From NCBI RefSeq assembly GCF_001194135.2, contig NC_068989.1, forward strand, positions 71,374,319-71,406,380: a stretch of DNA of 32,062 nt, read 5' to 3'. Positions within the stretch are counted from its first letter, which is position 1; each line of letters begins with the position of its first letter. Below the pieces are notes generated by a model. That model had not been told where the DNA came from. It searched no databases and saw only the letters and a program-made list of their open reading frames with translations. This document shows positions 1 through 11,162 of this stretch, in pieces. Source of the DNA: Octopus bimaculoides (Eukaryota). The position numbers and the translations under genes were made by a program.

Positions 1-472
1 CATCATCATCATCATTATTATTAGAGGTTTGCTCAAGAAAAGGTTCACCTTGGACTAAACAACAACAACAATTGTTGCAAAGTCACATATCATGTCTCTG
101 TTGACTCCTATTTGGGGATGGGAATCCGGTTGTATTCTTCACCCACTTTATTTTTAATAGGAAAAAACCCAAGTTACATCCTGGTTGGTAACTCACACTA
201 GAGAGGGTTCAAAGCGAAGGAGAGAGAGAGAGAGAGAGAGAGAGCAAACTGATAAAATATAGTTGTTATATTAGATAAGACAAGTGAGTCATGATAGACT
301 CTGGGAAGGATTGCCTCTCCCCAAATAAATCTTCCCCTTCAAGTCTAGGCATCTGGAAATGATCACATGTTCTCATGATTCTGATACCATTAGGGTATCA
401 GCCTACTCCCTTCCTTTCAGTCATGGTAAAATCTGGAATTACCATCTATACATTACATTATAGAGTTAGAGA

Positions 473-640
473 GGTAGCTTGACCTGTGAGAAATAACAGC
501 CTAATCTCTCTCTAATTACATTCCCCAGTCTCGATAAAAGAAGAACGGATACATTAACTGATGTAGTCCTAGATGCACAATGTCTGAAAGACCTTTATGA
601 ATAGGTCTGCTTGAACAGAGCTGATCAAAGGTCCCTCCTA
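473..640 (+). repeat. Family E old interspersed repeat (further copies at about 4270, 13050, 21155, 21712, 26252, 29015)
   Basis: Recurring degenerate motif CTAGAAATAGCAGCCAAATCTCCCTCAAATCACAC, often followed by an A-run and GGACA(C)ATTGGA. Confidence 0.6.
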
Positions 641-656
641 AACTACGGTCCCTTAA

Positions 657-852
657 GGCCAGTTTCATGGATTCTGTCGGGATACATATTGCCAATCCAT
701 CACAGGATTACTCATTTTTCGCAGATGGACTGGAGCAACACGAAACAAAGTGTCTTGCTCAAGAACTCAATGCAACACCCAGTCAAGAATAAGAAAGCTC
801 AATATTAAAATCATAAATGCAACACTCTAACCAATAAAATACGCACCTCCAC
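657..852 (-). mobile_element. Family D tRNA-SINE (CORE-like central block)
   Basis: GGACTGGAGCAACACGAAACAAAGTGTCTTGCTCAAG block; homologous to 27086-27307. Confidence 0.7.
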
Positions 853-877
853 TATTTACACACACACACACACACAT

Positions 878-990
878 GTACTTATTCTATCCATCTCTCT
901 TGTTGAACTGCTAAGTTATGGGGACATAAACACACGAACATCAGTTGTGAAGTGATCGCAGGGGAAGCAGACACACACACACACATTAAT
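878..990 (-). mobile_element. Family B tRNA-SINE, internal fragment
   Basis: GTACTTATTCTATC...GAACTGCTAAGTTATGGGGACATAAACAC matches 7888-7960. Confidence 0.7.
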
Positions 991-1086
991 CTATACATGT
1001 ATATATATATATATGTATATATATGCATATATATATTTATATATGTATATACATACATATATATGTTTATATATATATATTTAGAA

Positions 1087-1175
<89 letters not shown>

Positions 1176-1280
1176 CATACCTATATATGTATATATATTT
1201 ATATATATGTATATACATATATATATACTTATATATATGTATATACCTACATACATATATATATATTATATATATATAAT
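975..1280. repeat. (AC)n/(AT)n compound microsatellite
   Basis: Direct reading. Confidence 0.95.
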
Positions 1281-2021
1281 GCACAAACACAAAGGCAAAC
1301 ACATGCAATAAAAGTTAGTTCATGCATATCTGATAGAGTGAGATTAAAAAGATAACTTCAATCAATAAAGATTATCCCAGCAATTAGTAGACAAAAACTC
1401 CCCCTAGGAGGTAAGTTGAAAGTCTGGAGGCAACAAGAAGAGCAGTAACTTCCATAGAGTCAACTGACTGAAACTTCTGGACAATACAGACGATGCAGAT
1501 TGGTGCTGATTTGATCTTTAAAACAACTGTTAGATGAAAACAAATGTCATGTTTTGGTCTTATTGGCCCCTCTTCAACAAGCTATATTCTAATCAACAGA
1601 CAAGACTAATACACGGACACACACACACATATATATATATCAATACAGGAGATGTACTGACATTGATTACAAAGAATATGAACAACAGAAGTGAGAGAAA
1701 ATACTTTGGTAAGGAGATTGGGGTTGCGCTAACTAAATTGAAATATGGTAGAGTTTTTAGATATATAATATCATGAGGTGAAAAAAGAAAAAAAGAAATT
1801 TGATCAACTAAAAGCATTTAAGTGATTAATGAGTGAGCAAAAACTCCCTATACAAGTGTTTTAAGATCTAAAACCAATAGACAAATGAGGTGACTCTAAT
1901 AAGATTGGTTAATTAAAATTCTACAATAATGTAGACAATGCATACACACCACATGAGCGTGCATGTGCACACACACACACTCATATATATCTACATACAC
2001 ATTCATTTTTGTCCTTGCCTC

Positions 2022-2067
<46 letters not shown>

Positions 2068-2170
2068 ATATGTATGTGTATATAGTTCCAATTTACAGAA
2101 AACAAAAAACGAAGACAGGCACAGGAACAAGCAGGTGTATTAGTTAAATGTTCGAGAAGAATAGAAAAGT

Positions 2171-2206
2171 CTTTTACATTTCAAGCCTATGCTCTTTGTC
2201 AGAAAG
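2171..2206 (-). ncRNA. Degenerate minimal type I hammerhead ribozyme motif (Penelope-like element type), probably inactive
   Basis: Minus strand reads CTTT-CTGACAA-A-GAGC(ATAG)GCTT-GAAA-TGT-A-AAAG: stem I CTTT/AAAG, core CUGANGA with G8>A, stem II GAGC/GCTT, GAAA, short stem III, H17=A. All three departures from the canonical motif are CpG-type transitions. Confidence 0.55.
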
Positions 2207-2262
2207 GATTAAGAGGAAAAAAAAATTGAGAGAGAATGAAGAAAAAATGTGTAGAGATTAAT

Positions 2263-2313
2263 GGTAGATAGATAGATAGATAGATAGATTGATAGTTAGA
2301 TAGATAGATAGAT

Positions 2314-2362
<49 letters not shown>

Positions 2363-2393
2363 CATAGATAGATACATACATAGATAGATAGAT
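2263..2393. repeat. (AGAT)n microsatellite
   Basis: Direct reading; another tract at about 8860-8935. Confidence 0.95.
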
Positions 2394-3314
2394 AATGTCT
2401 ATTGTTTTATATATATATAGCTGTCTCCTTCTCTCTCATTCTTTAACCTTTCTTCCTCATTTTCTTATTAAATTTTAATATTTTTTAACTGACTGTATTT
2501 CTTCATTTTCTTCCACTTTACCTTTTCCACCAGTCTTTTCTTTCTCTCTCTCTCACTCCCACCTTTTTCTTTCTTCTTCAGTGAATGTATCGCTTTTTGT
2601 TTCTTTCAGGCTCTTTGTCTTACTTATTCATTCACCATTCTTTCTTTCATTCAGTAAAAATCTCTCTCTCTCTCTCTTGTTGTTGTTGTTAATCTCAGTC
2701 ACTCTTCCCTCAACTACTCAAGAATATGGCTACCACCACCACCACCACCGCCACCACCACCACTGCCACCACCATCACCACCACTATCATGACCACCAAT
2801 GCTGCTGCCACCACCACTACCACCACTATCACCACCATTACAGCCATCACTTCTGCTGCCACCACCATCACCCTTACCTCTATTCTACAGTACCTTTGAC
2901 ATTATTCCAAGCTAGTAGTTAGTCAACACAGTTTTAGATAAATCCACCGCTGGTATTTCATTAGCGCGCTACAGACAATAAACAAACTGATCTTAACTAA
3001 GTGTCGGAACAAACAGGTGCTTCTAAAATGAATGTCTTAGCCAGTTTCTTGCTGTCAGATTCTGTTGCTTTTTCTTTAATTGGATTTATTGTCATTTAGA
3101 AAATGGCTAAAGTACCTCTGAGGTCAAAGACTGCACATTAAACACCAATAAAGAATTGTTAACTCTTTTCTATAATTATTCCAATTCAGTGATTTGAATT
3201 CCAATTTCTTTTTGTTTTTATTTTCGCAACAAGAAAAGCTAATTAAAATAAGATGAACATACAATTAAATAAAATTAAAATTAAATATAATTTCACCAAA
3301 ATGCAATTTGATAT

Positions 3315-3543
3315 TTAACGCTTTTGATACAAAACCACCTAAGACTGCTGTTGGTTCTCTGATACGAACTTTCTCTTCTAAAATTATCTAAATTCACACC
3401 TTCTATTAAAATTTCATGTAAATTTATGTTCTAAATGTCTGCTTAATAATGACAAAGTAATTCTAAAAGATTCTTTATTCTTTTCAAAATTAATTGAAAC
3501 AAAAGGCAGTGTTTTTCAAGAAATATTGTAACAAAAGAATTAA
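3315..3543. mobile_element. TTAA-flanked MITE (piggyBac-like termini), copy 1
   Basis: TTAA at 3315-3318 and 3540-3543; imperfect TIR CGCTTTTGATAC / GTAACAAAAGAA; internal sequence similar to the adjacent copy 2 (shared CTTAATAATGACAAAGT, AAAATTTCATGT, AAAGGCAGT). Confidence 0.55.
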
Positions 3544-3553
3544 ATAAGGATGG

Positions 3554-4062
3554 TTCAACCCTTTGATACAGACCTACTTGAGTCTGCCTGGTTCCTTAAT
3601 ACAAACATTTTGTTTCAAAGGGATCTAAATTAAAACTTTCCATCAAAATTTCATGTTAAATTGTATTCCAAATGCCAGCTTAATAATGACAAAGTGATCT
3701 TACTAAATTCTTCATTATATTCACAATTAAAACAAAGGCAGTATATTTAAAAAGAGTGCAAGTGCCGATGGGCTGGCACCTATGCAGGTGACACGTAAAA
3801 TACACCATTTCGAGCGTGGCCGTCGCCAGTACCGCCTGACTGGCCCTCGTGCTGGTGACACGTAAAAGCACCTACTACACTCTCGGACTGGTTGGCATTA
3901 GGAAGGGCATCCAGCTATAGAAATTCTGCCAAATCAGATTGGAGCCTGGTGTCGCCGCCTGGTCCACCAGTCCTCAGTCAAATCATCTAACCCATGCTAG
4001 CATGGAAAGCAGACGTTAAACAACGATGATGATGATGATGATATGACAAAGAAAGGGTTGAA
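3554..4062. mobile_element. MITE copy 2, interrupted near its right end by a family A SINE
   Basis: Perfect 11-bp inverted ends TTCAACCCTTT (3554-3564) / AAAGGGTTGAA (4052-4062); body aligns with copy 1 up to about 3755 and resumes after the SINE (GAT)n tail. Confidence 0.55.
3760..4041 (+). mobile_element. Family A retroposon (SINE-like, (GAT)n tail)
   Basis: Shared core GGTTGGCATTAGGAAGGGCATCCAGCT...CCATGCTAGCATGGAAAGCAGACGTTAAAC(GAT)n; at least 8 related copies in the window. Confidence 0.85.
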
Positions 4063-4404
4063 GTTTGGGGTTTCCATTGACATATTAAAAGAGTCAGCTT
4101 GAAGCTAAATGGGTTGCCTCCTTAGCAAATTATGAATATAAAATAACAAGAGAGCTCTAACCAAAGAAGCAGATCAAGCCAATGAGAGCGTTTTAAGTAG
4201 TCAACTGACATACCAGAAATAGTAGATGAACAACCCTCAAGTTGTCAAAGCCCACAAGGGAGTGTCTACATGACTGCATGACCTGCTAGATATAGCATCC
4301 AAATCTTCCTTGAATCACACCCTGCTCCCTAAATCCTTTAGCATTTAAGCAGACCATATCCAGTCAAAATATTCTATCAGTTTTATGTTCAAACTGACCA
4401 GATC

Positions 4405-5058
4405 CAGGATGCTCAAGACGCGTGTATGAGAAAAAACAGCAGCGGCAGGTCAAGAAGGAAGCTGGTGAGCGGTCAGCAGCGATCGGGAGCGATTAGGAGT
4501 AAAGAGAAAGAAGCGGTGAAGTTCCGCTGGCGAACCGCCGGTGCAGCGGGCAAAAATTTACAAAGTAAAAGGTTCACTGGTGGATCACAAGTTCTAACTC
4601 TTATATCTGTGTAAATCTTATATATATCTATGTATAATTCGATATACATTAATAAAGATAAGTTTAGCACATTAAATTAACACATAACATCTTCATTAAT
4701 GCCACCACTGAATTTAAGACATAAGTAATATAAATATTACTAATGAAGTTTCTATATTTTTCAGCTAGAGTGTAGTTGGGTCTCAAGGGGACGGTACGAA
4801 CCTAGCAATATTTGTTTTATAGTGAAAACAAAATTTCCATTCAAATGACAATTACCGGACGGGTTTCTGTTTGAGTCTAACTATTTTAAGTCGTAGTGGA
4901 AACGCAACCTATGTTGCAAATAGGCATATGAATATTGTATAAATTTTATAATTAAAAAATTTACTAATTTTGTACATACAAGTATATCAGCCTGTGGGTG
5001 AAATAAAATGGGCTTGTGGGCACAATTGCGCCCACAGGTGGGGGTTTCCCCATCCCTG
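4405..5058. mobile_element. Putative non-autonomous hAT (Charlie/Buster-like) element
   Basis: Right end reads CAGGGATGGGGAAAC on the minus strand, followed by GTGGGCGCAATTGTGCCCAC subterminal palindrome; the adjacent 8-mer TTATAAAT has a central TA. Left end uncertain (CAGGATGCTCAA at 4405); no matching TSD. Confidence 0.35.
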
Positions 5059-5145
5059 TTATAAATACAATGTGGCTCTAGTGTTTAGAGTGGGCTTCTT
5101 TTTCGGATATATGATATGATGATGATGATGATGTTTGTGTGTGTG

Positions 5146-5312
5146 ATCATCATCATCATCCTTTAACATCCGTTTTCCATGCTGGCATGGGTTGGACAGT
5201 TTGACCAAAGCTGGCAGGCTGCAGCAGGTTCCAGTCTGATTTGGCATGGTTTCTACAGCTAGATACCCTTCCTAATGCCAACCAGAGTGTACTGGGTGCC
5301 TTTTACATGACA
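5146..5312 (-). mobile_element. Family A retroposon, truncated
   Basis: (CAT)n-TTTAACATCCGTTTTCCATGCTGGCATGGGTTGGAC...TTCTACAGCTAGATACCCTTCCTAATGCCAACC. Confidence 0.8.
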
Positions 5313-5456
5313 TTAGTATGTATGCGTATATACATACATACATACATATAGATATATATAGATATATATACATACATATACACACAAGCACATTACTTGC
5401 TGGCAGACTCAACAAGTGGAAGCACACAATACGTTTAAGAATTAGAAGTATTATAC

Positions 5457-5527
<71 letters not shown>

Positions 5528-5900
5528 AAACCATCATCAACTTGCAACTCGGAGACAATCAGTAAACAGTGTGTATGCACATATAAATGTGTGAGTGTGT
5601 ATGTGAGAGAGAGAGGGGGAGAGGAAGAGAGAGAGAGAGAATATGCTTGTATATAAAACAGTCTCACTTATAATTTCTGCTAAAGATTCCGAAAGAATTA
5701 ACCTCCATTAAGCTCTGTTCCAATTCTTCCCAAATTAGGAATGAAAAAAATCTAACAGCAAAAATACAATACTGGAATGGAAAACATAAGGTAGAAGAAT
5801 ACAGACACACACACATACATATATTACACAACACACACACACATACATACATGCACACACTACATATGCACACTAAACACACATTACATATACAGTATAA

Positions 5901-5961
<61 letters not shown>

Positions 5962-6532
5962 TACATACGTTACATACATATACACATACTAAACATATGC
6001 ACACATAAGTACACATAATACACATGCAGACTATACACAGAAAGAATACACACACACACTATTTCACACACATGTATGCATACACAGGCAGGCACACATA
6101 GCACAGATACCACACACACACACCATATACACACACATACACACATATATATATATATACATACCATACATATTAAACACACACACATACCATACACTAT
6201 GCACACACCATACATACTATATGCACTCACACACACAGACATGTGCATACATACACACACAGATACACACATACACGTACACACATGGAGAGGCTCTTGG
6301 TTTATGACCATAACCATGTTGCATGTGTCAGTAATAAAAGTCTGTTGTATCTTAGTAATCAATTATCTTGATATTAAGACAAACAATATGACAAACAAGC
6401 CAACAAGATAGATCCATACTCTGAGATAATGGAATCTTTTTTCTTTAACGTAACCAATGCCAATGAACTTAAGACAGAAAGAAATCGGATAAGAACTAGT
6501 TCCAAGAGTGTTAGATATGTTTTATTTTCTTT

Positions 6533-6747
6533 TACCTTTTACTTGTTTCAGTCATTAGACTGCGGCCATGCTGGGGCACCACTTTGAAAGGTTTTAGCCA
6601 AAAAAAAAAAAAAAAAAAAAATCGGCCCCAGTATTATTAAGTTTCTTTTCCCAGACANNNNNNNNNNCAGCTATGTTATGGGGATGTAAACAAACCAACA
6701 GTGGTTGCCAAGTGTTTGTGGAGACAAAGATAAAGACAGACAGACAC

Positions 6748-6760
<13 letters not shown>
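6533..6760 (-). mobile_element. Family B tRNA-SINE, 3' fragment
   Basis: TTTTACTTGTTTCAGTCATTAGACTGCGGCCATGCTGGGGCACC matches 7797 and 16777. Confidence 0.7.
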
Positions 6761-6780
<20 letters not shown>

Positions 6781-6964
6781 AACACACACACAAACAACCC
6801 AGCAGGTTTGCCATGTAGAGACACCCTTGTTAGTTCACTAGACAGAGGGCTCCTATTGGCTTGGCCCACCAAATAGATATACCCTTATGGTCAACCTCAG
6901 AGAGATGCCTCTTTGCTCAGCTTGTAGAGATATCCTTGATTACCCATAAAAAAATGGGTAAAGA

Positions 6965-7292
6965 CTCTCTTCGGTCACGAATGACCATGGGATTGCACCT
7001 AGAAAGTTCCCTTCCAAGGCACGAGTCCAGGCAAGGTTGTTCATGGAAGACCGGCAGTTGCCCATGTATATCAACCTCCTCTCTCCACACTACTGATGTT
7101 ATCCAAGGGAAATGCAAAGACCAATACAGCTTGGCACCAGTGACATAGCAACTCATTCCTACAGCTGAGTGAACTGGAGCAACATGAAATAAAGTGTCTT
7201 GCTCAAGAGCACAACACACTGCCTGGTCTGGGGAAACGAACTAACCACTTAATGACTGTGAGCCTGATGCTCTAACTACTGAGCCATGTGCC
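6965..7292 (-). mobile_element. Family F tRNA-SINE (D-like head, different 3' tail)
   Basis: Head TGGCTCAGTAGTTAGAGC on the minus strand, same central block as D; tail shared with 9315-9532. Confidence 0.8.
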
Positions 7293-7792
7293 ATCGCAGG
7301 TTACCCACAGAAGCATCCTGTTAGCACACTCCAAAGAGACAACCTTATTAGATCACTCAGTTAGAGAGACCATTGTTTGGGTAACCCTCTACAGACACCT
7401 TTGTGTGTCCTCTGCATAAAAGATACGAAACCTTTATAAAACAACTTCGTCGATCGCTTACTCTGTATGTCCACTCTGTCATTGCTTGTTCATTCAAAGC
7501 TCTAGCTCTCCACAAATTTTATATTTCAAAAATTTCTGGATGCTGCTGTTTTATGAAGGTCTCCTATCTTGTCGTTGAAAGCTCGAAATAGGGAGAAATT
7601 AACAGTAAACAACTGAGGAGGGGTTAGACTTCTTTTAGTATTTTGTCCTATACTTGTCTCTCATTATGTGTTTACATATTTTTCACTCGTTGGTGATGTC
7701 CTGTTCTTGATGTATTTTGTATTTATTTATTTATAATCAAATGCCATGCAGCCTTGTCCATAGTAAGCTTTTACATTTATATATATTCTTTT

Positions 7793-7999
7793 ATACTTTT
7801 ACTTGTTTCAGTCATTTGACTGTGGCCATGCTAGAGCACCACCTTTAGTCAAACAAATCGACTCCAGGACTTATTCTTTGTAAGTCTAGTACTTATTCTA
7901 TCGGTCTCTTTTGGCCGAACTGCTAAGTTATGGGGACGTAAACACACCAGCATCGGTTGTCAAGCAATGTCGGGGGGACAAACAGACACACAAATATAT

Positions 8000-8042
<43 letters not shown>

Positions 8043-8715
8043 NNNNNNNNNNNNNNNNNNNNNNNNNNNNNNNNNNNNNNNNNNNNNNNNNNNNNNNNNN
8101 NNNNNNNNNNNNNNNNNNNNNNNNNNNNNNNNNNNNNNNNNNNNNNNNNNNNNNNNNNNNNNNNNNNNNNNNNNNNNNNNNNNNNNNNNNNNNNNNNNNN
8201 NNNNNNNNNNNNNNNNNNNNNNNNNNNNNNNNNNNNNNNNNNNNNNNNNNNNNNNNNNNNNNNNNNNNNNNNNNNNNNNNNNNNNNNNNNNNNNNNNNNN
8301 NNNNNNNNNNNNNNNNNNNNNNNNNNNNNNNNNNNNNNNNNNNNNNNNNNNNNNNNNNNNNNNNNNNNNNNNNNNNNNNNNNNNNNNNNNNNNNNNNNNN
8401 NNNNNNNNNNNNNNNNNNNNNNNNNNNNNNNNNNNNNNNNNNNNNNNNNNNNNNNNNNNNNNNNNNNNNNNNNNNNNNNNNNNNNNNNNNNNNNNNNNNN
8501 NNNNNNNNNNNNNNNNNNNNNNNNNNNNNNNNNNNNNNNNNNNNNNNNNNNATATATATATATATACATATATACGACGGGTTTCTTTCAGTTTCCGTCT
8601 ACCAAATCCACTCACAAGGCTTTGGTTGGCCCGAGGCTATAGTAGAAGACACTTACCCAAGGTGTCATGCAGTGGGACTGAGCCCGGAACCATGTGGTTG
8701 GTAAGCAAAAGCTCT
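7793..8715 (-). mobile_element. Family B tRNA-SINE, near full length, central (AT)n lost in gap
   Basis: 3' part 7793-8000; 5' part 8570-8715 is the reverse complement of 13336-13490 (GTTCCGGGCTCAGTCCCACTGC B-box-like segment, CTTGGGTAAGTGTCTT). Confidence 0.85.
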
Positions 8716-8817
8716 CAGCCCCTGAATTACTCTGTTGCTTTTGCTAAATATTAATAAAAATATACATACATATTCATGTTTTGAATTTTCTTTATCATTA
8801 TGCATACATGCATACAT

Positions 8818-8848
<31 letters not shown>

Positions 8849-8864
8849 CACACACACATAGATT

Positions 8865-8902
<38 letters not shown>

Positions 8903-9117
8903 CAGATAGATAGATAGACAGATAGATAGATAGATTGTATCAGCATTTCCCAAATGGAATTCTTCAGAAGCTTAGGGCTCCGTAAGAAGTTGTAGAGGTT
9001 CCATGAGAAATAGTGACAAATAGGCTAATTTAAGCTAATTATATGCAAATGTATGTATTCTTGAGTCATTTTTGCATTAAAGTCTGTTCCTAATACTATT
9101 ATGCATGCATATATAAT

Positions 9118-9215
9118 GAGGTGCAGGTGTGACTGTATGCTTAAGAGGCTTGCTTTTGAAAGATGTGATTTCAAGTTCAGTCCCACTATATGGCACCTTG
9201 GTCTTGGGCAAGTAT
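9118..9215 (+). mobile_element. Family B SINE head fragment
   Basis: AGTTCAGTCCCACTATATGGCACCTTGG...CTTGGGCAAGT. Confidence 0.55.
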
Positions 9216-9314
9216 TATTACCTATATATATATATATAGACAGAGAAACAGACGGGTGAAACTCTGAGTTACAGTTTGTGAAGTCTTTTAGCTTCAATAA
9301 AATAATACACACAT

Positions 9315-9532
9315 AAAGGGTAAAAGGGTGAAGATCCCCTTCGGTCATGAATAACGATGGAATTGCACCTAGAAAGTTCCCACCCAAGGCACAAGTTCAA
9401 GCAAGGTTGTTTGTGGAAGACCAGCAGTTGCCCATGCAAACTAGCCTTTCCTCTCCATGCCACCAATGTTATTCAAGGGAAAGGCAATGGCCAATACAGC
9501 TTGGTACCAGCGACTTTGCAACTCATTTCTGG
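9315..9532 (-). mobile_element. Family F SINE, headless copy
   Basis: TTCGGTCATGAATAACGATGGAATTGCACCTAGAAAGTTCCC...CCAATACAGCTTGG aligns with 6969-7140. Confidence 0.8.
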
Positions 9533-9908
9533 GAATTGAACTCACTATCTCATATACATAATACACAAAAATGTGCACACACACATACACAAATCTATAC
9601 ATATGTACATACATATATATAGGGAATGAGAGAGAGAGAGAGAGAAAGAGGATCAGAAATACAAATACACACACTTTAACACAAAGATATAGACAAACTA
9701 TAAAGATCCCTTATGCATAGAACGATTGTGATGTTTAAATATTCTTCAGTTATCGATTCGATTTGGTTTGTTTGTTTTTATCTTAGAGTTCTTCACTATC
9801 TACATCTTTGTCTCATTTCAGTATTACCAATATATCTTTGAATATTTGAGAAATGCCAACGGAGAAATTTAAACGTGTTCAGTGAAGAAAAAGAAAAAAA
9901 AAATTTAG

Positions 9909-9999
9909 ACGTAATCACCCTCCTTCGAATAAGAACAAAGATGGTACTGAATACGTAATCACCCTCCTTCGAATAAGAACAAAGATGGTACTGAATACG
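9909..9999. repeat. Perfect 44-bp tandem duplication
   Basis: ACGTAATCACCCTCCTTCGAATAAGAACAAAGATGGTACTGAAT at 9909-9952 and 9953-9996, plus ACG. Confidence 0.95.
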
Positions 10000-10004
10000 A
10001 CAAA

Positions 10005-10374
10005 GTTGATGATGAAAACGATGACAATGACGGTGGCTGTTGTGGTGTTGATGATGATAATGACAGTGATGATGATGACAATGATGACAACCAAATGATG
10101 ATGAAGGCAATGGTGGTGGTGGTGGTGGTGGTAGTGGCGATGGTGGTAGCTATGTTGGTGATGTGGTGGTGATAGTTATGATGATGATGATGATGATGAT
10201 GATGACGACGATGATTATGACAATAACGAAAGTGGTGGTAGTGGTGGTGTGGATGATGATAATGGGGGTGGTGATGATGGTGAAGGTGGTGGGGATGTGT
10301 TGATGGTGATAATGAGGATGATGATGAGGCTAATCAAGTAAGTAACCTATACATCAAACAAAATCATTACCAGT

Positions 10375-10406
<32 letters not shown>
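10005..10406. repeat. Degenerate (GAT/GGT)n tract followed by (CAT)n
   Basis: Direct reading. Confidence 0.9.
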
Positions 10407-10407
<1 letters not shown>

Positions 10408-10565
10408 TAGTACAAAGTATTGCTAATAATACTTAGAGGTGTTATTTTAATAAGTGCCATTGAATTGAATCTGAGAGACACCCAAGAGTCTGAGAATGAC
10501 AGTAGGCGTCAACTTTGTGTGTGTGCATGCATGTATGTGAGCATGTGTATGTGTGTGTATGTATA

Positions 10566-10618
<53 letters not shown>

Positions 10619-11162
10619 ATCCATCTTTTTCTNNNNNNNNNNNNNNNNNNNNNNNNNNNNNNNNNNNNNNNNNNNNNNNNNNNNNNNNNNNNNNNNNNNN
10701 NNNNNNNNNNNNNNNNNNNNNNNNNNNNNNNNNNNNNNNNNNNNNNNNNNNNNNNNNNNNNNNNNNNNNNNNNNNNNNNNNNNNNNNNNNNNNNNNNNNN
10801 NNNNNNNNNNNNNNNNNNNNNNNNNNNNNNNNNNNNNNNNNNNNNNNNNNNNNNNNNNNNNNNNNNNNNNNNNNNNNNNNNNNNNNNNNNNNNNNNNNNN
10901 NNNNNNNNNNNNNNNNNNNNNNNNNNNNNNNNNNNNNNNNNNNNNNNNNNNNNNNNNNNNNNNNNNNNNNNNNNNNNNNNNNNNNNNNNNNNNNNNNNNN
11001 NNNNNNNNNNNNNNNNNNNNNNNNNNNNNNNNNNNNNNNNNNNNNNNNNNNNNNNNNNNNNNNNNNNNNNNNNNNNNNNNNNNNNNNNNNNNNNNNNNNN
11101 NNNNNNNNNNNNNATCTGCAAGAAGTAATATGCAATGCCAAGCCACTCCATTTATTCAGTCG

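Noticed and set aside
381-401. Short hairpins (CTGATACC/GGTATCAG; also 6950-6960 region and 28783-28807)
   Set aside because: Stems of 7-8 bp are expected by chance in 32 kb.
882-1355. YI/HT/CV-repeat ORFs here and at 5272-6411, 19480-19854, 25430-25901, 27722-28843
   Set aside because: Translations of dinucleotide and trinucleotide microsatellites, open in several frames on both strands.
4330-4408. Possible left end of another TTAA/CCCTTT-type MITE
   Set aside because: Only one degenerate terminus visible and no second copy in the window.
7540-7610. TTATGAAGG...GCTCGAAATAGGG as a second hammerhead remnant
   Set aside because: Two non-CpG mismatches in the CUGANGA box and no convincing stem II.
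9822-9872. Acceptor followed by YYQYIFEYLRNANGEI*, reminiscent of a BTB/KCTD motif
   Set aside because: Only 16 codons, no upstream DRD motif, ends in a stop; likely chance.
9909-9999. CRISPR-like appearance of short direct repeats (also 18931-18998, 26641-27040)
   Set aside because: No unique spacers of regular length, no cas genes, eukaryotic context.
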